Source of the DNA: Candidatus Bathyarchaeota archaeon
GTDB lineage: Archaea; Thermoproteota; Bathyarchaeia; Bathyarchaeales; DTEX01
DNA length: 64,000 nucleotides
Assembly: GCA_018397065.1 (NCBI GenBank)
Contig: JAGTRI010000001.1
Location: 67,994 to 131,993, forward strand
Reading direction: 5' to 3'
Shown: positions 10,404-18,836 of the stretch, piece by piece
Numbering within the stretch: position 1 is the stretch's first letter
Layout: each line of letters begins with the position of its first letter
Program-made: the position numbers and the translations under genes
The notes under the pieces: generated by a model
What the model saw: the letters and a program-made list of their open reading frames with translations, nothing else
Told to the model about the DNA's origin: nothing
Database searches by the model: none

Positions 10404-11384
10404 ATGTCTGAAGATATTTCGCCTGTCAATCTTAATGCTAGCCCAGAAGCAAGAGATTTGTTAAGATTTCTATATAGGATTTCAGGAAAGAAGACACTTA
10501 CCGGGCAACACGAGTTTCTTGGAAGAATGTCGGTTGTAACTGAAAAGGTGAAGGAGATTACGGGGAAGTATCCTGCGATTTGGGGAAGCGATTTTGGTTT
10601 TTCTAACGAGAGACATGATATTGACAACATTAAGTACAGGACTCGTTTGGTGGACGAGATCAGGAAACAATACAGCAGCGGAGCCATAATTACGATGACC
10701 TACCACCAAGCGAACCCTGCTATTGGAGAACCATGTCTATTCGAAGGCGGCGTTATAAGTAAATTAAGCGATCAGCAATGGAAAGACCTGACAACGCCTG
10801 GAACTTCAATCTTCGAAGCTTGGAGAAAACAAATGGACATAGTTGCGGAAATCTTGAAAAAAGTACAGGAAGCCCGCATCCCAGTCCTGTTTCGACCATA
10901 CCACGAGATGAACGGAAACTGGTTCTGGTGGGGAGGACGAAAAGGACAAGACGGATACATTGCCCTTTACAAGCAACTGTTTCACTACTTCACGGAACAC
11001 CACAAACTAAATAATCTACTTTGGGTTTGGGCTTCAGATAAGCCGTGGTCTGGAGTTGAGGATTTTTATCCAGGCGACAAATACGTAGACATTTTGGGAG
11101 CAGACATCTACCCAATGAAAGATTACCCAGAAGTGTACCGCCAAGAATGGTACGAACGAATGGTGAAGCTGGCAAAAAATAAGCCATTAGCGCTTACAGA
11201 ATTCAGCGTTCTACCAACAGAAGAAATACTCAACAAACAGCCACGCTGGGTCTGGACTATGGCGTGGGCAGATTTACTGCTTCAAGCAAACACTACGGAA
11301 GAAATAGTGAGATTCTACAATTCCAAAAGGACGCTAACTCGGGAAAATACGGAAATTTCTGGCCCTAAAAACAGTAGGGAATAG
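10404..11384 (+). CDS. glycoside hydrolase family 26-like (beta-mannanase-like), no evident signal peptide
   Basis: 'FRPYHEMNGNWFWWGG' is the characteristic GH26 catalytic-acid region. 326 aa. Confidence 0.75.
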   Translation: MSEDISPVNLNASPEARDLLRFLYRISGKKTLTGQHEFLGRMSVVTEKVKEITGKYPAIWGSDFGFSNERHDIDNIKYRTRLVDEIRKQYSSGAIITMTYHQANPAIGEPCLFEGGVISKLSDQQWKDLTTPGTSIFEAWRKQMDIVAEILKKVQEARIPVLFRPYHEMNGNWFWWGGRKGQDGYIALYKQLFHYFTEHHKLNNLLWVWASDKPWSGVEDFYPGDKYVDILGADIYPMKDYPEVYRQEWYERMVKLAKNKPLALTEFSVLPTEEILNKQPRWVWTMAWADLLLQANTTEEIVRFYNSKRTLTRENTEISGPKNSRE

Positions 11385-11458
11385 TCAAAAAATCTGGCCT
11401 TCACTTTAAATACCTATATATAGCCCTCCTCTCCCCAGACACTTTGCACAACTATATC

Positions 11459-12259
11459 CTAATATGCATAAAGGTTTCCATATGGTCTTTTATTAATAGG
11501 CGTAATCTTAGTAAACTTCCCGTCAAGCACGTCATCAACGTCGAAACCAAAGTAAAAACAGAACTCTCGAACCAAACCATCAACAATTTTCATGTCTTCC
11601 TCATTAGCTTCCAAAGCCTCCACCCCGCTCACAAGATTATTCATTTCTCCCCGCACAAAAATAACACCGCCATGCATCCCTGTTCCAACATATCTCGCTC
11701 GGAACTCTTTATTCTCAGAATTTAAACCAAGAACAAGAATTACACCACCAGCCATGTACTCTCCAAGAAAATCACCTGGAGCTCCACCGACCACGAGGAC
11801 AGGTCGTTTATCCCGATACTCCTTCATATGAATACCAACACGGTAGCCTACATCATCTCGAATGAAAAGTTTCCCACCACGCATCGAGTAGCCCGCAATG
11901 TCACCAACATGACCATGGACGACAATTAAGCCTTCATCCATTGTATTACCACAGCAATCCTGAGCATTCCCATGCACAACAATCCTAGGGCCACTCATGA
12001 AAGCTCCAAGATCGTTTCCAGGCGTCCCAAAAAGCTCAATAACTATTTTTTTATCAATGCCTGTTCCGATATACCTTTGCCCATAGACGCCATGAACCTC
12101 AATTTTCTTTGCACCGTTATTTCCCAAAGCCTTAAGCAAAGTGTTTAGCTCTCGATAGGGCAAACCAGACGCATCAACACTATATACGCTCTCTTTTGAC
12201 CTAATTCTGGAAAGAAACTTCCGACTAATTTCAGCAATCAATTCCTCAGTATGATCCAT
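11459..12259 (-). CDS. glutamate synthase GXGXG (C-terminal beta-helix) domain subunit
   Basis: Repeated G-X-G-X-G beta-helix turns ('VHGNAQDCCGNTMDEGLIVVHGHVGDIAGYSMRGGKLFIRDDVGYRVG'). Last gene of the glt operon. Confidence 0.85.
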   Translation of the reverse strand: MDHTEELIAEISRKFLSRIRSKESVYSVDASGLPYRELNTLLKALGNNGAKKIEVHGVYGQRYIGTGIDKKIVIELFGTPGNDLGAFMSGPRIVVHGNAQDCCGNTMDEGLIVVHGHVGDIAGYSMRGGKLFIRDDVGYRVGIHMKEYRDKRPVLVVGGAPGDFLGEYMAGGVILVLGLNSENKEFRARYVGTGMHGGVIFVRGEMNNLVSGVEALEANEEDMKIVDGLVREFCFYFGFDVDDVLDGKFTKITPINKRPYGNLYAY

Positions 12260-12271
12260 AATAATCAGCTC

Positions 12272-13783
12272 CTATTCCCCAGCCATCTTAACACCGAGAA
12301 TTCTACATTCTGCTTCAGTTAATCCCACACCACGCAAGTGTAAACGATTTCCCCTAAGACTTTCAATAGCATTAATACCCATACCTCCCATCATCTCTTT
12401 GATCTCTGAACTCCACGCTTGGAGAAGATTAACAAGCCTTTTAGAAGCAATTTTCGGGTTTATTCTCTTAGATATCCAGGGATCCGTGGTGGCAATCCCC
12501 CATGGACACTTGCCAATATAGCATTTCTGACAAACCGTACAACCAATAGCCACGAGAGCAGCTGTTGCAATGTAAACAGCATCGGCACCTAATGCAATCG
12601 CCTTAACCACATCAGCGCTGCTTCTAAAACCTCCAGCAGCAACTATTGAAGCTCTGTTGCGAATACCCTCTTCACGTAGACGCTGATCCACAGACGCGAT
12701 AGCAAACTCTATCGGTATGCCTACATTGTCTCGAATTACTCTAGGCGCAGCACCCGTCGCGCCTCTCACGCCGTCCAACGCTATGATGTCGGCTCCAGCA
12801 CGAACCATTCCACTGGCAATCGCTGCTACGTTATGAACCGCAGCAATCTTCACTGAGATGGGTTTCGAGTAATCTGTTGCCTCCTTCAACGCGTAGATTA
12901 GCTGCCGTAAGTCTTCGATTGAGTAAATGTCATGTTGAGGTGCAGGTGAAAGTGCATCCGTACCTATTGGAATCATTCGTGTCTGAGAAATATCCTCGGT
13001 TACCTTCTCTCCAGGCAAGTGTCCACCTATACCCGGCTTTGCTCCCTGACCAATCTTGATCTCTATGGCCGCTCCAACATCGAGGTATTGTGGGTGAACA
13101 CCGAAACGTCCCGAAGCTACCTGAACAATTGTGTGGTCGCCATACTTGTAAAGTCTCGGGTCTAATCCTCCTTCGCCTGTGTTGAAGAATGTTCCAAACT
13201 CAGTGGCCGCTCGAGCCAAAGACTCATGGACATTTAGGCTTACCGCTCCATATGAAAGAGCTGAGAACATTATGGGCGTTTCAAGGCAAAGCTGGGGCGC
13301 AAGCTCCGTCATTAGCAAAACATCCCCGTCGCTGTTTTTTAATTCTAGCCGATCAGGCTTTGATCCTAGATAGGTTCTGATTTCCATGGGCTCTCTTAGA
13401 GGATCAATCGATGGATTAGTAACTTGGCTGGCGTTAAGGACAAGCCTATCCCAGAATGTGAAGTGCGGCTTATCGCAGCCCATTCCGGTTAGAATGACGC
13501 CTCCGGTTTCAGCCTGCTTCTTTATGGATACAATGGCTTCTTGGGTCCAGTTTTCGTTCTCTTTGTATGCGTTTGGGTTTTTCGTTATGGTTATAGCGTT
13601 TGTGGGGCAGAAGACAACGCAACGTTGGCAGTTTGTGCAGTTAATGTCTCTGCTATAGACCTTGTCATCTTCTGGGTCATAATAGTGAGTTTCATACGTA
13701 CATTGGTTAACGCAGACCTTGCATCTTATGCAACGTTCATGGTCTCTGTGCACCACGTATTCCGAAGAAAGGTAGCTCTTCAT
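12272..13783 (-). CDS. glutamate synthase FMN-binding subunit with N-terminal 2x[4Fe-4S] ferredoxin domain
   Basis: 'CIRCKVCVNQC' and 'CTNCQRCVVFCP' at the N-terminus. FMN domain signatures 'IKIGQGAKPGIGGHLPG' and 'LDGVRGATGAAP'. Confidence 0.9.
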   Translation of the reverse strand: MKSYLSSEYVVHRDHERCIRCKVCVNQCTYETHYYDPEDDKVYSRDINCTNCQRCVVFCPTNAITITKNPNAYKENENWTQEAIVSIKKQAETGGVILTGMGCDKPHFTFWDRLVLNASQVTNPSIDPLREPMEIRTYLGSKPDRLELKNSDGDVLLMTELAPQLCLETPIMFSALSYGAVSLNVHESLARAATEFGTFFNTGEGGLDPRLYKYGDHTIVQVASGRFGVHPQYLDVGAAIEIKIGQGAKPGIGGHLPGEKVTEDISQTRMIPIGTDALSPAPQHDIYSIEDLRQLIYALKEATDYSKPISVKIAAVHNVAAIASGMVRAGADIIALDGVRGATGAAPRVIRDNVGIPIEFAIASVDQRLREEGIRNRASIVAAGGFRSSADVVKAIALGADAVYIATAALVAIGCTVCQKCYIGKCPWGIATTDPWISKRINPKIASKRLVNLLQAWSSEIKEMMGGMGINAIESLRGNRLHLRGVGLTEAECRILGVKMAGE

Positions 13784-14901
13784 TTCGCAGGAACCTCCAC
13801 AACTTTACTGGTTTTCAACCGGCCGACAACAGGCTCTCCGCCCCTAGGATTCCAAGACTTGTCAAGTATTGGAGAAACAAGCCTTATGGCAGACTCCTCT
13901 GAAGAAAGATAAAGATAATCGCCTCGTGTTCCAGCGCTTAAAGGACGAAGCTTTAAGCGATCGGTTAATCCAATCATTTCACCATGATGCGCAACAACAA
14001 CGCTGAACGGCCCATTCATTAATAGACTACCGTATGTTTGACGAAGAGTCCTTAAGATGCGAGCTTGTTCTGATTCTATATTGGCAATTTCTTCCCAAAG
14101 CGGAGGCGCCAATACTTTGGATACGATATTAATTGGAAGCTTTTGTCGACGCATCAGAAGGTCAAAGGCATAGGCTAAGACTTCCGTGTCTGTTTGCATC
14201 GTGCATTTGTAACCATACATTTCCAAATAACGGCGGTTTATTCCATAAGATGAGAGTTCGCCGTTATGCACCACTGTCCAGTCAAGGATGTTGAAAGGAT
14301 GTGCCCCTCCCCACCAACCCGGTGTGTTCGTTGGAAACCGACCATGACAAACCCAGATGTATCCTTTATACTCGTCAAGACAGAAGAACTCTGCTATGTC
14401 TTCAGGAAACCCGACGCCTTTAAAAACGCCCATGTTTTTGCCGCTTGAGAAAACAAAGGCCTTGCCTGTTTCAGTATTTATTCGCATAACCTTTTCTAAA
14501 ACGTAGTCATCTGCTGATTTGTTTTTTAACTTTCTAATATTCGGTTGCACAAAGTACCGCCATACTTTCGGAGGGTCAAGAACGTTCGCCTCTTTTGTTG
14601 GAAGTTCTTCGTCTTCGAGAACCTCAAAAGATTCATTGAGCAGTTTATCAGTTTTCTTCTTTGCTTCTCTGCTTAGGTACATTATGTGAAAGGCATAGTC
14701 ATCTATGTGTTCAGGATAAAGTCCATAGACGGCGAATCCTCCGCCAAGACCGTTTCCTCTTTCGTGCATATTCGATATAGCTTTAACTGGGTCTTCGGAG
14801 GAGAAACATTTCCCTTGAAGGTTCATCATACCGAATATTGAACAACCAGCGAAGTCCTTGTCGTCGCCATATCTACAGTTCAGTTTGGTAATACCATCCA
14901 T
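13780..14901 (-). CDS. class II (Ntn) glutamine amidotransferase subunit of glutamate synthase
   Basis: 'GCSIFGMM' (candidate catalytic Cys after propeptide removal), 'HGRFPTNT' and 'VVHNGELSSY'. 4-nt overlap with the FMN subunit gene. Confidence 0.85.
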   Translation of the reverse strand: MDGITKLNCRYGDDKDFAGCSIFGMMNLQGKCFSSEDPVKAISNMHERGNGLGGGFAVYGLYPEHIDDYAFHIMYLSREAKKKTDKLLNESFEVLEDEELPTKEANVLDPPKVWRYFVQPNIRKLKNKSADDYVLEKVMRINTETGKAFVFSSGKNMGVFKGVGFPEDIAEFFCLDEYKGYIWVCHGRFPTNTPGWWGGAHPFNILDWTVVHNGELSSYGINRRYLEMYGYKCTMQTDTEVLAYAFDLLMRRQKLPINIVSKVLAPPLWEEIANIESEQARILRTLRQTYGSLLMNGPFSVVVAHHGEMIGLTDRLKLRPLSAGTRGDYLYLSSEESAIRLVSPILDKSWNPRGGEPVVGRLKTSKVVEVPAK

Positions 14902-16199
14902 CTTGTTCCCTCCATGAACAGATTCCTTCTAATATCAAAAGGCAAAGATGCAAGGCTAAAATCGTCAGAAATAAGTTGACTTCCAAGCTCTTTAACATCC
15001 ACAAAATTATGCATTAGGTAAAATAATGTGCCCGCTCTTTCAATGTCATTTACAAGTAGGAAGCCTACGATCACGTTATGTCTGAGCACCACTTTCCGAT
15101 AGATTTTCCTCACAGAGTCATGTTGAATCATTACTTCGTATTCGTTATTGTTTGTTGGATTAACAAGCCCGACTGAGATTACTGGGACTCTAAAATAATT
15201 CAAAGCGCTCATGGCTGTTCCGCCTGGAAACAGAGCCTTTTTTCCAGCCATATTGTATCCTGCGACTCTTCCTCCAAGATGTGCTGTGGGCCAAAGCGGC
15301 AAAACCCGGTTTTCTCCAAAAATAAAGTCGTAGACTTCGGCAACATCTCCACAAGCATAAACGTCTGAAACATTTGTACGCATATATCTATCTACGATGA
15401 TGCCTCGATTCGTCTTTATGTCGGTGCCTAATACCAGTTCTGTGCGAGGAATGACGCCAATTGCGAAAATCACAAGTCCACATGGTATCTCTTCACCATT
15501 GCTCAGAACAACCCCTTCAACAGCTGTGTTGTCTTCATACTTGCCAGTAATGCTTTTAACTGTTTGACCAGTGATTATCGTAACTCCGGAATCTTCCATA
15601 GCGTCTCGAATAATTCTTGAAGCAACCTCGTCCAAAATGAGGCTAAGAATTCTGTCCTTAAGTTCAACAATAGTAACCACGACGCCCCGTTCGACTAAAG
15701 CCTCGGCAACGCTGACACCGATCAGCCCGCCACCTATAACAACCGCTCTTTGATTCTTTTTCACGACAGCTAAGAGCTTTTCTGCATCAGAAATGGTAGT
15801 GAATGTGAAGACTCCTCTCTTGTCTATTCCTTCCGTCTTAGGAATAATGGGTTTACCGCCAGTGGCTATTAACAGCCTATCAAACTTGACCTTTTCTCCA
15901 TTGTCAAGCTCCACGCATCTTTCTTTGAGGTCAAGGTGCACTGCTTTTCGTCCTGCTTTTAATTCTACATTGTTCTCTTTCCAGAAGACGTCGCCTCGGT
16001 ACTTCATTTTCTCGAATGAAGCTTTTCCAGAGAGGAACTCGGAAATCATAGGACGCGAGTATTGCGGGAAAGGTTCTTCTGAGATTAATATAATCTCGCC
16101 TACAGGGTCAACTTCTCTAATTGCTTCGCAAGCACCTATGCCTCCAGCTGAACCACCTATGATTACGTATCTCAATGTTTTTACAGAACCTCCTCGCAA
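14880..16199 (-). CDS. NAD(P)/FAD-dependent pyridine nucleotide-disulfide oxidoreductase family protein
   Basis: Two Rossmann motifs, 'YVIIGGSAGGIGACEA' and 'AVVIGGGLIGVSVAEAL', plus 'ACGDVAE'. Overlaps both neighbouring genes by 19 and 22 nt. Confidence 0.8.
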   Translation of the reverse strand: MRGGSVKTLRYVIIGGSAGGIGACEAIREVDPVGEIILISEEPFPQYSRPMISEFLSGKASFEKMKYRGDVFWKENNVELKAGRKAVHLDLKERCVELDNGEKVKFDRLLIATGGKPIIPKTEGIDKRGVFTFTTISDAEKLLAVVKKNQRAVVIGGGLIGVSVAEALVERGVVVTIVELKDRILSLILDEVASRIIRDAMEDSGVTIITGQTVKSITGKYEDNTAVEGVVLSNGEEIPCGLVIFAIGVIPRTELVLGTDIKTNRGIIVDRYMRTNVSDVYACGDVAEVYDFIFGENRVLPLWPTAHLGGRVAGYNMAGKKALFPGGTAMSALNYFRVPVISVGLVNPTNNNEYEVMIQHDSVRKIYRKVVLRHNVIVGFLLVNDIERAGTLFYLMHNFVDVKELGSQLISDDFSLASLPFDIRRNLFMEGTRWMVLPN

Positions 16200-16627
16200 A
16201 CTAAGGCTTCGTTCGGACAGTTAGCAACACATGCTGGAGTATCTAATGTTGAGCACAAATCGCACTTTGCAACAACGCCACTACCTAAAACATTAATAGA
16301 AATTGCAGTGTATGGGCAGACCATGATACAGGTCCAACAGCCTATGCATTTATCTGGGTCGTGAACCACCAGCCCACTATCATTGTCTCGGCGCATGGCT
16401 CCTGATAAACAGGCCGTGACGCACGGGGGATCTTTACAGTGGCGACACTGGACAGCGAACGAAACTGGCTTGGCTTTAACCAATTTCACACGACTAAGCG
16501 GTTTAGGCTGTTCTCTGTTGTATGCTTTGATGAGGTCTTTAGACTGTGAATGCTGGACTCTACAGTAGACCTCGCAAAGCCCGCATCCTATGCAGTATTC
16601 TTCAAAGACAAGGATTCTTCTCATCAC
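16181..16627 (-). CDS. 4Fe-4S dicluster ferredoxin-like protein
   Basis: 'CIGCGLCEVYC', 'CRHCKDPPC', 'CIGCWTCIMVCP' and 'CDLC...CVANCP' cluster motifs. Confidence 0.85.
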   Translation of the reverse strand: MMRRILVFEEYCIGCGLCEVYCRVQHSQSKDLIKAYNREQPKPLSRVKLVKAKPVSFAVQCRHCKDPPCVTACLSGAMRRDNDSGLVVHDPDKCIGCWTCIMVCPYTAISINVLGSGVVAKCDLCSTLDTPACVANCPNEALVCEEVL

Positions 16628-16755
16628 GCGTTGTCCCCTTAAATGATGTTAAAATCTTTGCATAGGCGTTTCCTGTTGATGCTCAGTAAAGTCTTTCTTC
16701 TTTTCTATACAAAAGAGAGTTGAGATTTTGTTCAAATGTTGCTGTTTGTTCCTGC

Positions 16756-17145
16756 TCACCACTTAATTTTTCGTCTGATCTCCATTAGATAGACTGGCAG
16801 CGTCTCAAAATCAGAGTTTTTCTTAACAACATGTGCCAAAAGCACTGATTTCACGTGGTTGTTCTGTCGGATTACATTTAGCTTGACAATTCTGCTTCTG
16901 AATAAATCGCACCCTTTTCCGGGTGTATGGTTCTTTGTACATAAAACGACTCCAGCAACATCCTCAAAATTTTTACATTCGACACAGAATCTATAGTAGA
17001 ATTTATTATGGTTCAAGACTTCGTCTTTTGGCGTAAACTCTTCGCAGCTCACGCATGGACCTATATTCTCTGCGCAGATAGAAATACCATCTATGTCTCT
17101 GCGTTCTTCATAATTAGCACAATCCCTACAGGATCTTGTGACCAT
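16756..17145 (-). CDS. Cys-rich hypothetical protein with internal duplication
   Basis: 129 aa. 'SCRDCANYEE' and 'FCVECKNFED' modules are each followed by further Cys residues. No family recognised. Confidence 0.45.
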   Translation of the reverse strand: MVTRSCRDCANYEERRDIDGISICAENIGPCVSCEEFTPKDEVLNHNKFYYRFCVECKNFEDVAGVVLCTKNHTPGKGCDLFRSRIVKLNVIRQNNHVKSVLLAHVVKKNSDFETLPVYLMEIRRKIKW

Positions 17146-17278
17146 TCTTGTACACCTATTGTCCTTTGGTTCACAGATTTTAAGCTAATAATTTATATAA
17201 CTCTGATGAAAATCATTTATATGACAAATTAGGAAATATGTTATCTATATGAAACATATGCTTTTGACGTGATGGCAT

Positions 17279-18379
17279 ATGGAAAAAGACCTTGGATATA
17301 GAAGAATACAAAGCACAGGAAGAGGTTCATACATTATTTCACTACCAAAAGAATGGGTTCAAAGCACGGGCATGGAAAAAGGAAGTGAAGTTGCATTCAA
17401 ACTTAAGGAAGATTTATCTCTTATCTTAGTTCCTAGCAAAATGATTGAAGAAAAAGTTTCAAGAACAAAACCTGAAATAAAAGAATACTGGATTCATGTT
17501 AACGAAAAAGATGATCACAAAACGGTTTGCCGAGAAATAATTTCACTTTATGTAATAAACGCAGACCTTATTCATGTTCATTTTTCAAATAATAACGTAA
17601 GTGAACACAAAGCTGCGATAAAAGATCTTATAAAAACGATACTTCTTGGTGCAGAGATAATAGATGAATCCCAAAACGTCATAACAATTCAAATACTCAT
17701 TAACCATCCCGCATTCCCCATCGAAAAAGCAATAAGAAGAATGGTAATTCTCGCCCTTTCAGCTAATGAAATCGCGGTGTCAATGCTGACTGGAAAAGAT
17801 GAGGATATAAACAGAGTCATTGAATACAAGAATGATGTGTCAAGACTCAACCTTTATGTAGTGCGTCAGCTGAAATTTGGGCTAGAAAGAGCTTCGTTCA
17901 CAGAATTAGGATTAAGAAACCCGAAAGAATTTCTGGGATATCGTATTGTTACGAACGACGTCAAAGGCATCGCTGATAACGCAATGGTCATAGCTCGTAA
18001 CATTGCTAATTCAAAAAAAATGGTCAGAGAACAAATGCTTTTTATCAAGGAAAATATTGATGAAGAAGTGTATACTCAGCTGTTGGAGATAAATTCAAAA
18101 GCACATCAATTATTTGAAGAATCTATAGGCGCAATGTTCAAAAGAGACTATGGGCATGCAGACAAAATAATTTCAGAAACAGAATCTTTAGCGAAACAGG
18201 AACTTAATTTAACCACAATTATACTCAGCAAAAAGCTAGATCCCATAGTTTCATCAATTTACAGTTTAATCCTAGACAACTCCAGACGCATTATTGAATA
18301 TACAGTTGATATTTCAGAGGTAACGCTTAACAGAACAATTGAAGAGGTAGTTGAAAGAAACCGCATATCGCATAACTAG
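17279..18379 (+). CDS. AbrB/SpoVT-like DNA-binding domain fused to PhoU-like domains (archaeal phosphate-uptake-regulator-like)
   Basis: N-terminus 'RRIQSTGRGSYIISLPKEWV' is a swapped-hairpin AbrB-type motif, followed by helical PhoU-like repeats. Paralog of 59607..60638. Confidence 0.7.
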   Translation: MEKDLGYRRIQSTGRGSYIISLPKEWVQSTGMEKGSEVAFKLKEDLSLILVPSKMIEEKVSRTKPEIKEYWIHVNEKDDHKTVCREIISLYVINADLIHVHFSNNNVSEHKAAIKDLIKTILLGAEIIDESQNVITIQILINHPAFPIEKAIRRMVILALSANEIAVSMLTGKDEDINRVIEYKNDVSRLNLYVVRQLKFGLERASFTELGLRNPKEFLGYRIVTNDVKGIADNAMVIARNIANSKKMVREQMLFIKENIDEEVYTQLLEINSKAHQLFEESIGAMFKRDYGHADKIISETESLAKQELNLTTIILSKKLDPIVSSIYSLILDNSRRIIEYTVDISEVTLNRTIEEVVERNRISHN

Positions 18380-18663
18380 CCACCACTTATCAGCGTCATT
18401 ATTGTCACAACATCTCCGTCGTTTAGAGTTACGGTGTCTCCTTTCAAAGGATCTTGCAAAACCCCATTAACAGTTATAATGACAGTGGGATCTAACCAGT
18501 TTTCCTTTTTTTCTCCAATAACAGATTCAAGTTTTTCTCCATATTTTGAAGTTAGAATTTTGAAAAGGTCAGATAACGAGGAACCCTTTGCAACCTCGTG
18601 TTGTTCTCCTGTTTTCCCAATTTTACTTCTAATCAAACCTAGATAAACAGTCTTAATCTGCAT
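18376..18663 (-). CDS. MoaD/ThiS-family ubiquitin-like small protein ending in Gly-Gly
   Basis: C-terminus '...VTIMTLISGG' immediately before the stop. The start was moved to the internal ATG (M23 of the 117-aa ORF, 'MQIKTVYLG...'), giving a typical length of about 95 aa. Confidence 0.65.
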   Translation of the reverse strand: MQIKTVYLGLIRSKIGKTGEQHEVAKGSSLSDLFKILTSKYGEKLESVIGEKKENWLDPTVIITVNGVLQDPLKGDTVTLNDGDVVTIMTLISGG

Positions 18664-18836
18664 TACTTCCGCCAAGATGGCATATAACTCAAAGACTATA
18701 TTAAAAATCTTTTTTTTGAGACGTTTCAATTTAGGCTAACATAACTGGTCATTTTTCATAATTTAATTTTTGCAGTTTTTTGCTTAACATTTATTAATCG
18801 AGCATCTCTAACTTGTTAAAGCGGTGCACAATATTA

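Noticed and set aside
15793-16224. Long antisense ORFs, for example 15793..16224 (143 aa), 62921..63352 (143 aa), 33268..33678 (136 aa), 22569..22952 (127 aa), 56369..56746 (125 aa) and 38988..39374 (128 aa).
   Set aside because: Each lies entirely inside a well-supported gene on the opposite strand. Each has the Ser/Leu/Pro/Thr-rich, low-complexity composition typical of shadow frames, and none has a recognisable motif.
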